Source of the DNA: Rhynchobatus australiae
Taxonomy: Eukaryota
Assembly (NCBI GenBank): GCA_034780895.1
Contig: JAUZTB010000076.1
Location: 33,467,675 to 33,531,674, forward strand
DNA: 64,000 bases
Reading direction: 5' to 3'
Under the pieces are notes generated by a model. It was not told the origin of the DNA. It was given only the letters and a program-made list of their open reading frames with translations, and made no database searches. Below, one piece after another: positions 26,760 through 39,244 of the stretch; positions within the stretch are counted from its first letter, which is position 1; each line of letters starts with the position of its first letter. A program made the translations under genes and the position numbers.

Positions 26760-27552
26760 TCGTGTTCAATATATACATGTGCTTTATGGAGGAACTCAGC
26801 CAGGATTTCTGCAAAATATCAGTTTCCCAATACTGGCTTAGAATGAAGAAGAGACACAGGCAAATTTGAGAATTCTATTTGCAGGTAAAATATGGCACCT
26901 TCAAAAGGGAAAATTGAAGAAACATTTTTAAAAAGATAATGTGAACCATTTTGCTTTCTCCTGCCCTTCTACTGCTTGGTTTAGACCAAGTGTTAGGATT
27001 GGATTGTGTCCACAATAGCTCCTCCAGTAGCCCAGATCAACAATGTCTTTTGGAAAACACCTGATCAATACAATATCTCAACTTTGGCAGAAGTATTTAG
27101 AACTAGGAATCTTCCCAATTCATGCACAAGTGACCCTTTATGAGCCTCTCCTGGTATTCTTTCTCAAACGTACATTTTTGAAATAAAAAGATCTCTCTAC
27201 TATAGTGGACAGTGAATACCATTAGATAGGACCACACTGGCCGCTTGGAGCCATGAGTAAGGATATGAAAATCCAAGTGTTTATTCAGATAGGAAATATT
27301 TTTGTCCCAACTCTAAAAAAAATTTAAGTTAAAATATAAGGATGTATTATAAAAGTCCCATCTTGTTGGTGTGACCACAATACTGTAACAGTAATCATTT
27401 AATAAGCATCAGTGGATAGACTATTGAAATTACACAACATGATGGGAGGCTGAGTAAGCATCTATTAAAATAGCCATTTTAATCTGACATCCTTGAGTAT
27501 GTAATTTGAATGGGAAAGGCAGTATCACATAGCCTTTAAGAGAACTGTGCAC

Positions 27553-27870
27553 TGCCCTGTTCAACTTACTTGAACTAATAAGGATACTTACTTCAGCATT
27601 ATTAATAATTAAAAGCAATATCATGCTTTTTAAACTCTCTATTCAAATTCCATGATGCTTTCTTATTATTTTGGCCTTACTACCCTGGAGACTTGATTTT
27701 TAAAGCTATATGTGCTCTTGTTAAAGAAACTATGTGATTAATTGTCATCTTTAGTTCAATTCTGTATCTACAAAAGGAATGATATCTGAGGTTCAAGCAG
27801 AACTGAAGCAAGGATCTTGGAAATACCCTGTTCAATTTACTTGAACTAACAAAGGTACTTAGTTTAGTAT
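27553..27870. repeat. Pair of ~46-bp direct repeats about 270 bp apart
   Basis: CCCTGTTCAACTTACTTGAACTAATAAGGATACTTACTTCAGCATT (~27555-27600) versus CCCTGTTCAATTTACTTGAACTAACAAAGGTACTTAGTTTAGTATT (~27826-27871). Confidence 0.8.
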
Positions 27871-30145
27871 TCAGTTTGGCTGGCACTGCTTCCTTGTGGC
27901 AAGATATTTGAACTTGCTTCCACTGCATACATCTTACAGCTCCTCTTGTAATCTCATCTAGATAAGCAGAGTTCCAAGTTCTGTCCAGGCCTTCTGCACT
28001 AAGGCTACCAAAAATATATACCTGGTATCATCCTTTTTTTGAAAAATAAATTGTTTGTCTAAAAAAGTTACTGAACATATTGCAACTTTCAAGGCCAAGG
28101 AAACTGTCAATCTCCAATAGGAACAGTCATCTTGGATGAATCAACTTACCAGGAAGTCGCACTAAGCTCTATACTGAGGGATAGAATTGAAAATAACTGT
28201 GGGGGACAGAAGCAGTCTGCTTCTCATATACTGATTAAGCCTAACATACGTTGAGAATGTTTTTAAAACCTTCACATATGTTACAGGTTCTCCTGTCTTA
28301 TAAATAGTTGCAGTCAACTGATACCAATACGGCATTGAGTTGTACAATTTCCATTAAAATATCACTATTGCCTATCCAGAGTCAAAATATAAAACAAGAC
28401 TGAGAAATACATTAAATATGTGAAACACAGTGAATAAAGAACATGTCAATTACAATAAAGGACAACCTAAAATGTACCAATCAAAGAAATCTCCTCAAGC
28501 ACTTAAAACTGTGGAGAGTTGGTCCTCTGAATGCAGTAGTTAATAGAGATCAACCAACAATCAGTTGTGAATATGAGTTTGTAGAGCCATTACTTTAAAA
28601 GGCAGGCTGACTCTCATCCTGCTGGTTTCAGTTTAGCTATTTACTGGTCTTTTCCCATCATAACAAAAGCTTATTAAACAGTAATATAATATCTCTATGT
28701 ATCAGTGGATCACTGGATAATCAATTATAAGTTATTGCATTTGCTGCCACTGAAGACATCAAAATATGGTCAGCAGTCCTGTTTTAATGATGAATATGCA
28801 GATAGGTATTATTTATATAATTTGACAAGAATCATCAAGTAGTCCTGCAAGAAACCACAGTCAACCAGTCGTACACTGGCAACACAAGAATATAGTCCAA
28901 CTTTGGGCATTTAAAAAAAATTCTAGTTTTGCTCTCTTATTGAGCTTATTTTGGTGGTCTGGTTGCCATGCCTCTCCACTTATCTAATTTGTGCAAATAA
29001 TTTCTGTGAAGGGATCTTTGGCAATGTTTGGATTAAAGCCATAATTTTCATATTTTTTGATGATTCCTGACATCACAACATGAAATTATTGCAATAAAGT
29101 ATTTTAAACTTCCAACAAAAATATTGTATTGACTTGTAGGGACACTAAAGGAACATGTTTAGCTCCTAACTTTATACCATGCATAATAGCCCCAAATTTC
29201 AATTTAAAGAAAATCGACTTTTCATTACTTTAACCAATTTCCTAAAATGCTGATTTTTTTTTATTTTCACTTGACATACTCCTTCATTTCATTGTCAGCT
29301 GTAATTGATAATGCAATATTTATCAGGGAATTACACTGGACAATATTATCTAACCAACACTTCTCAGAAATGTTGAGCATTCCTCACTTTTTTATTTTCA
29401 CAGAAAATTTTATTTGTTCAATTTGAGCACTTATTCACCAATACCAGCAACAGCCACTTACTGATTTAAAATTTCCTCATTATCTGTTAATAGCAGGCCT
29501 CTGGATTCTTCACTCCTCTACTAGAATTCTGCAAATCAACACAACCTCCATTTTATAAACATCTCTACGTTCTCTCTCTTTAGGTTGTTTGGCATCAGCT
29601 TTACGTCTTTTGTTGCTCCACTGCCTATTCTAAGTCAAAAAGTATACCTGACTGGTAGTCCAAAAACCCTTCAGAATTCTATCAAGCTCCTCAGCTGATA
29701 GTCCAGTGGAACCCACAAGAAAATAACAGGACTTCAATTGTGCTGTATTTCACTGTTTTGAAATTTTCCAACCAACCTCGATAGGATATGCTATCACCCA
29801 GTCCTAGCCTACCAAATAAGCAGCAAAACAAAAAGGGCAGGTCCACAATGAGAACTACCTACACCAATAAGGATCCAAGTCTGGACTGGACTTAAGCATG
29901 CAAAGGAACACGAGACTAGTTTCAAGATGGATTGAGGCGAGAGGTCTTTGCAGGCACCTCCGTCCCCATGCACTGGCTATTCTGACTGTTGGAACCAGCT
30001 TGTTGATGCCAAAAACCCTGCTCTCCAAATCAAACACCATAGATTATCACAGCTGTAAGTGTAATTTAGTTCTGCACAGTTTTATACGATTGTTATTTTA
30101 AATCAAATTAAATATATTGGAAAAACAGTATTAAAAAAACAATAA

Positions 30146-30470
30146 CATAGAACTTTCTTCTCTCAGAGGATAGTGAAAGACACATAGAAATTTCTTCTTC
30201 TCTCAGAGGGTAGTGAATCTCTGGAATTTTATGCCACTGAGGTTGGTAGAGTCCAGACCATTAGATATTTAAGATTGAGAAAGATAAATATTTGAAAAAT
30301 CGAGGAATTCAGGGTTATGGGGAACTGGCACAGAAGAGGAGATGAGGTCAACATAGATCAGCCATGATCATTTTGAATGGTGGAGCAGGTTGGAGAAGTC
30401 TGGTCCTACAGTCCTGCTCAATGCTCCTGCTCCTATTTCCTTGTGTTTTCAATGTGTTCTTGTGTTCTTA
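30146..30470 (+). mobile_element. CR1 LINE 3' end with duplicated 5' junction
   Basis: TTCTTCTCTCAGAGGGTAGTGAATCTCTGGAAT ('FFSQRVVNLWN')...AGATCAGCCATGATCATTTTGAATGGTGGAGCAGG...CTCCTGCTCCTATTTCCTTGTG plus a TTCTTGTG tail. Confidence 0.9.
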
Positions 30471-30694
30471 AGTTCTTTCAAAATTTTTGATGAGCTTTAT
30501 TAATAATTTTCCTTAACAATTTTAGGCAAGTTTTTCATTCTATTAGTATTGAATGTGATGCAAACAGGCATTGTTTTACCTCATTGGTAAATTCTGCTCT
30601 CTGTGGGTTAGGGTGCTACCCCAGGATCTGACTAACATGTTATAAGTGCATTGGAAGCCTATGACCTATGGAGTGCCACAGCAATCAGTGCTCG

Positions 30695-30902
30695 CACCCT
30701 CACTGTTTTTTATATACATTAATGATTTGGCTACAAATATATGAGATATGATTACTAAGTTTGCAGATGACACAAAAACTGGTAGTGTTATTGATAAGGG
30801 CATAATTGTAGACTGCAGGATAACAATAATAGTTGGCAAGATGGGTAGAGCATAGGCAGATGGAATTTAATCTGAACAAGTGTGAGGTGAAGCACTTGGG
30901 AG
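30695..30902 (+). mobile_element. CR1 RT-domain fragment
   Basis: 'LFFIYINDL...ITKFADDTK' and 'QMEFNLNKCEVKHLG' are readable on the + strand. Confidence 0.85.
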
Positions 30903-33377
30903 AACTACGTCCTACCAAACAAATAACCAGTGCTATAAGTTCGTGGGCAAGAGGATTCTTAATGGTGGGGAAACTTAATGAACTAAGAAGAAAGGATAAG
31001 GTGATGATTTAGGTTAATGAAATGAGTAAAACTAGTCACAGTATATCAGGAAGAAATAGAACACACAAACTGCTCCGACTTCTGTTCAGGAAAATATCTA
31101 AATATGAGATACTCAATTACTCTTAAAGAGATTGATGAAGATCACCATGCCACAGCTACACTGATTTAAAAAAAGTCCTTATCTTAGTGTGGAGGCCACA
31201 GATGCAGGACTAAATTGCCAAACCACTTCTTCTGATAACCTATCTCCTCAATTACCTTTTCCTTCTTCAAGTGTCCCTACTTCCCATGTGTTTCTTGAAG
31301 CAAAATTTCAATGCAGGGATTAATCCCTGAACCCAATTTTTTCTCACATTACTTTCAAGTTTGTAAAGTATACATTAAGATAACAATAGCTCATGGAAAA
31401 GTTATCTGTCAATGACTTGTAATCCCAATTAATGCCAATTATCTTATTATGCTTTGGAATTAGGTTAAAAAGAACTACTTGTAAATTGTTCAAATGACTT
31501 AATTGACATAGGCAAACAAAATCACCTGGTGCATGCCAGACACCCTTTCATTACTTCTAACACAATATAAAAGTTGCTTTCTGAGTGCAGTGCAGAATGT
31601 TGGCCTTGTTTCAATAGTTCCAAGCCATGGTATACGTCTCTGACACTTATATTTCATTAAAATTCATTCCCCTCCCTTATTGGTTAATTTAGAAAATTGT
31701 CTAAATTTTCAGACTTATTTACTGTGTCAGAAAAAAAGTTGGATTGAGGTTGGCCTGGGCAATCTTCATTGTCTGGGCAGCCTGACAAAAACTTGAAGTG
31801 TGTTGACAATTCAGTCAGGAATGCCAATTTGAAACAAGCACAACGAAGCCCACAAAGCCAAGTAAGTTAGTGGGAATATACAATATTCTGGTGTCAAAAG
31901 CTGAAGGTATACTAATATGGCAAGAAGTAACACCAGCCCACAGTCAAACAGAATGCAGATTCACTATTTATACATACATTGGCATCAAATCCATAACAGT
32001 TTTTGGCTTTAATCCATAATTTGTTAATCACATGTTGTCTAACATTCAATTGTTCCCATTATAGCATTTCTTTAAGACAGTTGTTGCTGCAATTCTATAT
32101 CCTGTGACTGAAGTTTTTCAAATCAAACCCTGAACCATTTTCTCCAGTGAAACGAATGTAACCATGTATTATAATTATTTAACCATATTTTGTTATTGAT
32201 TATGGAAAGTTGAACAGTTACTTGTTTAATAGTTTGAAATTCGATGCAAAGACTATTAAATCATTATTCCGTCTTTATGATAATCTCAAAATTTTAAAGG
32301 AACACATTACTTATTCATAAATATCAATTCAAAAATTAGCTTTTTCAAATTTATAACAATATTTTAAGATTTGTGTTTTAGGGTATTAAGAGGTGTCCAA
32401 ATGCAAATGATCAAATCTCCACTTTAACCAAATTGAGATTAAGCATTAATATTGCTTAATGCTCAACTGAGTGAGAACAAATTTATCCTAATCAAAATGA
32501 AGGGCCTGTCTGTGAAGGATTTGAGCCATGGGTTGTGTCCTTGAGAAATGGTAGGAAAGCAATCGGCTTTCCAAATTATTGATAAAAATGATACACATTA
32601 CCTAGCAGCAATAGGATTTAAACTGCATCCCAAAGAAAAGTAAAAGCCTGATAAAATATTTTCTTCATCCAAAAGACAATTTACTCCCATGTTTTCACTG
32701 ACCACAGATTGTAAATTTTACCTTTTCAATCCTTGGATCCTGACAGATAGTTTAATTTTATTATAACTGAGGAACAAATGGGCCTCACAGCTCAGAAGTG
32801 AATTAGGGAACATAAACATGGGCAGAAAATTAAAATAATTAAATATTGAACAATAAATAATAATTTACTTGAAAGTTAAATCTACTTAAAAGTTGTTTAA
32901 CTAAATAAACAATAAAAACTATGTTGGAAAATTGCAATCTAATCGGGAAGATCAGGCACTTTAATTTACTCTGATCTCACATTCACTCTAACAAGAGTAA
33001 TGTGTACTGTGTGTTCTAAGTTTAATTTTTATTTCAACTATAAAGTTTCAAAGTCTCAGTAAAATTTCCATTGAATTCAGTTGCTCAGAAAACAAGTAAA
33101 CCCAGTACAAATGTGAAATACGCCAGAATCTAACATTGTGCGACTCGTTTCTGAAGTGTGAAGTCTCATCATCTTCCTAAAGTTTAGTGCTCACTCCAGT
33201 TAAACCTTGCAAGTATTCAAATTGCCTTATAGAAGCACCTCAATGATATTTTTTTAATTAAACAGTTGCACCATAATCACTTTATATGTAAGTTTGCTTT
33301 CCATACATACTGAAAAATGAAGAATTTAATCAACAACAGTTTTGTCAACATGAGCTGAACTATCTTAAAAGGTAATA

Positions 33378-34605
33378 CATGCTGGAGACACTTAGCAAGT
33401 CAGGCAGCATCTGTGGAAAGAGAAACAATTAATGTTTCAATGCCAGAACCCTTCATCAGAACTGGAGAGAAAAATAAAAGTTAGTTTCAGCAGAAGAGGA
33501 TGAGAGAGAGAAATGGATAGAACAAAGAGAATATCTGTGAATCACTATAGTGAGACCAAATAGTTTAATGGGAGCAGTTAAAGTAGCAGTAAGAAGCAAA
33601 TCCGTCTCTGCAATGTGTAAGAGGAAGGCTGTGGGACATGCGCAGCAAGCCAGACTATACTGACTTTCTTTTCCAATCTTTTTATTAATTTTCAAATTAA
33701 TAAATATAACAGTAGTAATTATAGGCATAATACAAAGAGATCAGGATTATAATAACAGTTAACGTATACAGACACAAAGAGTGAAATGTGTAATCTGAAC
33801 CTCCCAATTTCTGGAAAACTGAGCATGAAAAAGATTTAAAAAGAAATTTGATTATATGAAAAATACCCAAACCAAAAAAAAGAACAATAACAAACCTAAT
33901 AGTAATATTAAACAAAAACTAACCAAAAACTAAACAAAAGCTGGGCTGTCATATTTCATCGGTTAAAAGCATTATTATGTCATTAACTCCGCTCCTCTAT
34001 ATTCAAATAGAAAGTTATTGAAAAGGATTCAGAAAAGGTCAGCTTACATCATATGAAAATGCTGAATGAATAGGCTCCAAATTTCTTCAAATTTAACCGA
34101 AGGCTCAATAGTACCACTCCTAATTTTTTCTAACTTTAAATATGTTATAGTTTGGGAAAACCATTGGAATATGGTAGGGGGTTTAGGATCTTTCCATTTC
34201 AGTAGAATGGATCTCCTGGCTATTAATGTAACAAATGCAATCATATGACAAGCTGAGGCAGATAAATGGCCAGAACCCATCATTGGTATCCCAAAAATTG
34301 CAGTAATAGGATGAGGAGGCCAGACTATACTAATAGAAAAATAAAAACTGAGTCAAAATGATGACATGGAATGGACAGTTCTAATACAGAAAGAAAGAAA
34401 GAATGGGTAACTCAAAGTCTGAGAATTTAATATCGAGTCCAGAAGGCTGCAACATGCTCAGAGAGAAGATTGGGTGTTGTTCATCAAGCATTGGGCCTTG
34501 TAGATACACTGCAAGAAGGTACAGACAGGACGGTCAGAGTGGGCATGGGATAGTGAATTAAAGCAGCAGGCAACCGGAAGCTCAGGATCACTCCTGCAGA
34601 CTCCT
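33378..34605 (-). mobile_element. Penelope-like retroelement 3' portion interrupted by an L1
   Basis: Antisense terminus at 33378-33490. Minus-strand 34410-34605 translates to 'VCRSDPELPVACCFNSLSHAHSDRPVCTFLQC..KAQC/LDEQHPIFSLSMLQPSGLDIKFSDF' (GIY-YIG C-terminus), homologous to 20300-20450. Confidence 0.85.
33662..34318 (-). mobile_element. 5'-truncated L1 (fish/chondrichthyan type) with 13-bp TSD
   Basis: ORF 34044-34283(-) 'IARRSILLKWKDPKPPTIFQWFSQTITYLKLEKIR...KFEEIWSLFIQHF*' is an L1 ORF2 C-terminus. It is followed by a T-rich 3'UTR and AATAAAAAGATTGGAAAAGAAAG. TSD GCCAGACTATACT at 33649-33661 and 34319-34331. Confidence 0.92.
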
Positions 34606-36766
34606 TCCCTTAAAAGCTCAGATTAAAAGGATTCTGGAGCAGTCCGTTAATTTCAATAACAAGCTTAAAAATGGGCAATCCTCAAAAAGAAAAGCTATGA
34701 GCATTCTATCATGGGTGCCAGGAAATCTTTAAAGTTTACAATTAAACTGATTAATCAAAATGATTCAAAGACAAAAAGAGGCATTTTGTATTTTAGCAAA
34801 AGCTGCACTGATGTATGTAAATCTGATCCTGTCTAGTTGAGAAATAAACTTCCTCAGATAAAAACTAAGTACTTGTAGCAATTCTAAGGAGAATTTTAAA
34901 AATTCCAACTCTCCTTGGTAGAAGAAGGTTGGTTAAAAAGCAGCATTATTGAATAAAGCACATTCTTCCAATCATGAAAGAAAAAAAACATTTCAAGTAT
35001 TCCCAAGNNNNNNNNNNNNNNNNNNNNNNNNNNNNNNNNNNNNNNNNNNNNNNNNNNNNNNNNNNNNNNNNNNNNNNNNNNNNNNNNNNNNNNNNNNNNN
35101 NNNNNNNTCCCAAGATAATACTGGAGAAGAATGAGGAAAGAAGCATTATCCTGATGCAGCCATAGTTTGTCAGTTAAATGACTGCTGTCAGAACATAACA
35201 ACTATACAGCAATATTCATGTCTTGAGACTAGGTAGGAACATTTTGCATTTATTTTACCAATGAAGACCATTAGCAATGCATTTTTAGAGGAAAATATCA
35301 TGAAAGTGAACCGTATCAAAGAGGGTAAACTCATATCAATCCAAGATNNNNNNNNNNTGAGTAAACACAATGATTTTATAGAATTATGTTTAACTTTCTT
35401 AGTAATAATAGCAGATGGTAATATAATCATAGACCAAGGATTTCAATGTTTCTCTTGAATATCTTTATTCTGGAAAGTTGGTAGCACATACTGCTAAATT
35501 GTTTCAAAGTTCTACAGTACTGTGTTTTACAGCTTACTTTGTTTTCTCACCTTTAACAGAATGGAGTCCAAAATAATGGAAACAATCTATTTACTACAAA
35601 CAGTAACAAAAAGTAAAAGGAAATTCAAGCACTGGGTATGCCATCATATCATGTACTTATATGTCTAGTGGTTTCTATCTGCTTGTCTTGCATATGATTA
35701 ATCTGGAACATTGTTCTAGTAGCTAACTAATAATCAGCCCTGTCCCTTTTAGGCTGTTTATCAGGTTCTCTTTCTGTGAGCACATGGTTTAAATATGAGA
35801 AAGTTCCATAGAGGTTAACAATTGACTTACAATGTTTGCCTTGAGTGATAGCTGGTTGGCTCTTCTTCTGCCTGTCTTCAGAGCAGAACAAAAATCAGTA
35901 CAAAATGAGTGNNNNNNNNNNNNNNNNNNNNNNNATTAAGGATTGTTCAGTGTCATTCATGGGCGTATTATACAAACAGCAATTCCAATCACATAACCTC
36001 TGGAGAAAGATGCACGGTCTCTAAACCTTCATCTAGTTGCTTCCCCACTTTACTAATGAACCCTTGCCTTATATAAGACCTTAAAGATTGTTTCACCATT
36101 CTATCAGATTCCAGGTGATCATCTGCATCAATAATTCTTGGTTGAACAAATATTTCAGGCTCAAGATTCATTCTTTCAGAAGTGCTTCAGGAAAATTCAT
36201 CTCTTTTAGTACTGTCGTGCCTTATATACATAAACCATACTGTTCGGCCTCTGCCAAATTCACATCTAAACCATCCATAACCTTGGTTCTGCCCATGGTT
36301 TGAGGACGATTCTCTTGCCAATCTCATCTCCCCTCCCAAAATGGCATGATAGAACTCTGGTATACAAGAGAGTCACAAGTTGGTATCAAACACATGCACT
36401 ACAACACAAAGTGTCTGAATGCCTATAGAAAAAGTGTGCCTCTATTTTATCCCTCACCTCCATCAATGATTTGATACAACATCAAAATTATGAATGATAG
36501 AGTGTGATCTGTGTCCAGGTGCCAGAAAATATCTGAATTATTGCTTTCATGCATTTAAAGAAAGCATGAGAGCAACAAATTAACAACTCACTCTGCATCT
36601 ACGTGATGCTAATAGATCTTGTTTGGTATTCATTTCTGAATCAGGGTAATATTCAAGTGGTAATAGTTATAAAAGTGTTGAATCTGATAAGAGCTCAGCT
36701 CTATGTTTAACTATGGTACACGTAAGTAATTGCCAACAAGACAGTTTATCCCATTTGGTAGATTAC

Positions 36767-37127
36767 AGGGCATCAGTGTGAGCAGCTAGTAAGAGTTGCT
36801 ACCTCACAGCTCCAGCAATATGAGTTCAGTCCTGATGTCCTGTGTTGGCTGTATGAAGTTTACACGTTCTCCGTGTGACCCTCTAGGTTTCCTCCAGGTG
36901 CTCCGATTTTCCCCTGTATCCCAAAGACTTGTCGGCTGCAGTAGGCAACTGACCACTGTAAATTGTACCTCGTGCATTAGTGAGTTGAAAAATCTGGGTG
37001 TGGGGGAGGTGGAGGAGGAGTTTAGGAAAACATGGGAAGAATTAACAAGGGATTAATATAAATAGATATTTGATGTTTAGCACAGACTTGGTGGGCAAGA
37101 GCCTGTTCCTGTGCTGTATGACCCTGT
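36767..37127 (+). mobile_element. HE1-like V-SINE (tRNA head, V domain, CR1-derived tail)
   Basis: Head GCTACCTCACAGCTCCAGC..GAGTTCAGTCCTG; V-domain GAAGTTTACACGTTCTCCGTGTGACC..GGTTTCCTCCAGGTGCTCCGATTT..CCCAAAGAC; tail GCCTGTTCCTGTGCTGTATGAC shared with CR1 (40580-40600). Confidence 0.88.
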
Positions 37128-38078
37128 TATTAAACCTCATCTTTTCTTCTTTGGTCAAATGACCATTTGTGGGCTACAGGAATTAAAAAGTTGTGGGGAT
37201 CAGACAGGAGAATGCTGTTGAAGCAAACAACAAGAACACCCATGTACTGACTGAATGGTGGAGCAGGCTAAACTCTCAGGAGCAGCCTTACAGGGAGTAT
37301 GGACTATTCCTGCTCTTATTTCTAATTTATCTCCAAATTATACATTCAATGAACATGGATGGGATATTAATTTTCATTACACTATTACAGGCTTTTGGCC
37401 TTTACGACCTGACCTCCATTTCTGTCTCAGCAACACACAAGTTGTATTCCTTTCTCGACTTGCACTATCCAAAATATTTGTGCTCAGTGTCAGTTTTGTA
37501 CAGATCTTCCTGTAGCTACACAGCGCATTCTAGAATGTCATCACCTAATTTTACTCCGTACATTCATCAGGTCAGAGAGTTACCATTATATTTTTGTGTA
37601 TACATTTTGGAGTGCGCATTATGTGGTCTGAGAAAGCTCTCATTTCCCACTTAGAGGTCGCATTAACCTTTAAAATTGTGTGTGTGTTTTTTTTTATAAA
37701 CAGGCCAATCTCAAAATCTGCATTTTCAACAAAACATCTGTGTTTTTCCAATGCAGTCTGTTATTTCAAATTAATAAAATGAACATGCTCAACAGAACAC
37801 ATTGTAAACTGTTTTCTCACAATTAAAATGAATAGTTGGAATATTATAATAAACATGTGCAAAGACCCTCTGCTAAAATTTCTACCATATTCTTGAGAAC
37901 TAATCAGCTTACCACAAAAGAATGGTACTATTCCACAGAGAATCACACCCTGCGTTCGTTCTGAATAAGGGCCTCTTTTTATTCCCCAGAACTTCCAGAA
38001 TCCTTCTCTTGCTGCTGCCTCCTCCAAGAACCCCACTCCTCTAAATAATGGGACCCCACTACGGATGCTGCAGCTGAC

Positions 38079-38163
38079 CTCCAGGACCTGCTTGAGCCAC
38101 TCCTGCCCTTGTTGCTTCCTCCAGAGAGTCACCGGAGAGAAGTGACCTTCAGGGCTGAGGGCA
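38079..38163 (-). CDS. Candidate coding exon C (phase 2 to 0), product unrecognised
   Basis: GC-rich island with acceptor TTGGCATTATCCACAG and donor GAG|GTCAGC; reads ALSPEGHFSPVTLWRKQQGQEWLKQVLE. No homology recognised. Confidence 0.15.
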
Positions 38164-38498
38164 CTGTGGATAATGCCAAATTTTACAGTGTTTAAGCAAA
38201 ACTTTGTGCATGTAATACAATGCCTTCCATAAGAGCAACTTTTGTACCTGGCAGACCAATAAAATTTGCTTGTACTTATGGGACTCAAAGAGATAAGCTT
38301 GTCTAGCTTACAATTACCTCTGTTTTTACAGAACCTAAAATGCAAAAGAACTCTTTTTTTTCCCTAAACAGTAGCATAAATTAATAACTTGTTGAACTGA
38401 TACATTTTATTGAATCTACCTGTGCAAGAATCATTTAATTGCTATTGATTTTTGTACCATATTGAGGGAATGGATTTCCCATTGATTTGACTGCGAAT

Positions 38499-39213
38499 GA
38501 GAATCCCAAGGGGTTCTATAGCTACATTAAGAGCCAAAGGATAGCAAGAGACAAAATTGGTCCTCTTGAAGATCATTGTGGTCATCTGTGCATGGAGCCG
38601 AAAGAGATGGGGCAAATCTAAAATGAATTTTTCACATCTGTTTTGACTCTGGAGACAGATAGAGAGACTATAGAACTGAAGCAAAAGATTAGTGAGGTCA
38701 TGACTGTATCCAGATTATGGAAGAGGAGATGCTGTTTGTCTTGAGATGAATTAAGGTGGATAAATCTCCAGGGCCTGACAAGATGTCCCCTCAGACCATG
38801 TGGGAGGCTAGTGCAGAAATTTCAGGGGCCCTGGCAGAGATATTTAAAACATCCTTTGCCTGGAGGATAGCTAATATTGTTCCATTGTTCAAGAAAGGCT
38901 CTAAGAATAAGCCAGGAAATTATAGGCCAGTGAGCCTGACATCAGTCATGGGTAAATTATTGGAAGGTATTCTAAGAGACAGGATATAATAAGTATTTGG
39001 ATAGACAGGGTCTGATGAGGGATAGTCAACATGGCTTTGTGCGTGGCAGGTCACGTCTAACCAATCTTATAGAGTTTTTCCGAGCCGGTTATGTTACGGA
39101 TGAAATTACTATTGGTAAATGTCCCTTTAAGATAGAGCACTGTGTGTGTGGGTGGCGTGGTTATGACTACAGAAGATAACGGACATAATGACGTTTTTGA
39201 AGCAGTCAGTCGG

Positions 39214-39244
<31 letters not shown>

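Noticed and set aside
27553-27870. CRISPR-like repeat-spacer array
   Set aside because: Only two copies, about 225 bp of intervening sequence, vertebrate context and no cas genes.
32436-32465. ATTAAGCA-N7-TGCTTAAT hairpin
   Set aside because: 8-bp AT-rich arms are expected by chance in 64 kb of this composition.
36767-36850. tRNA gene
   Set aside because: Degenerate tRNA-derived SINE head continuing into the V-domain; no cloverleaf.
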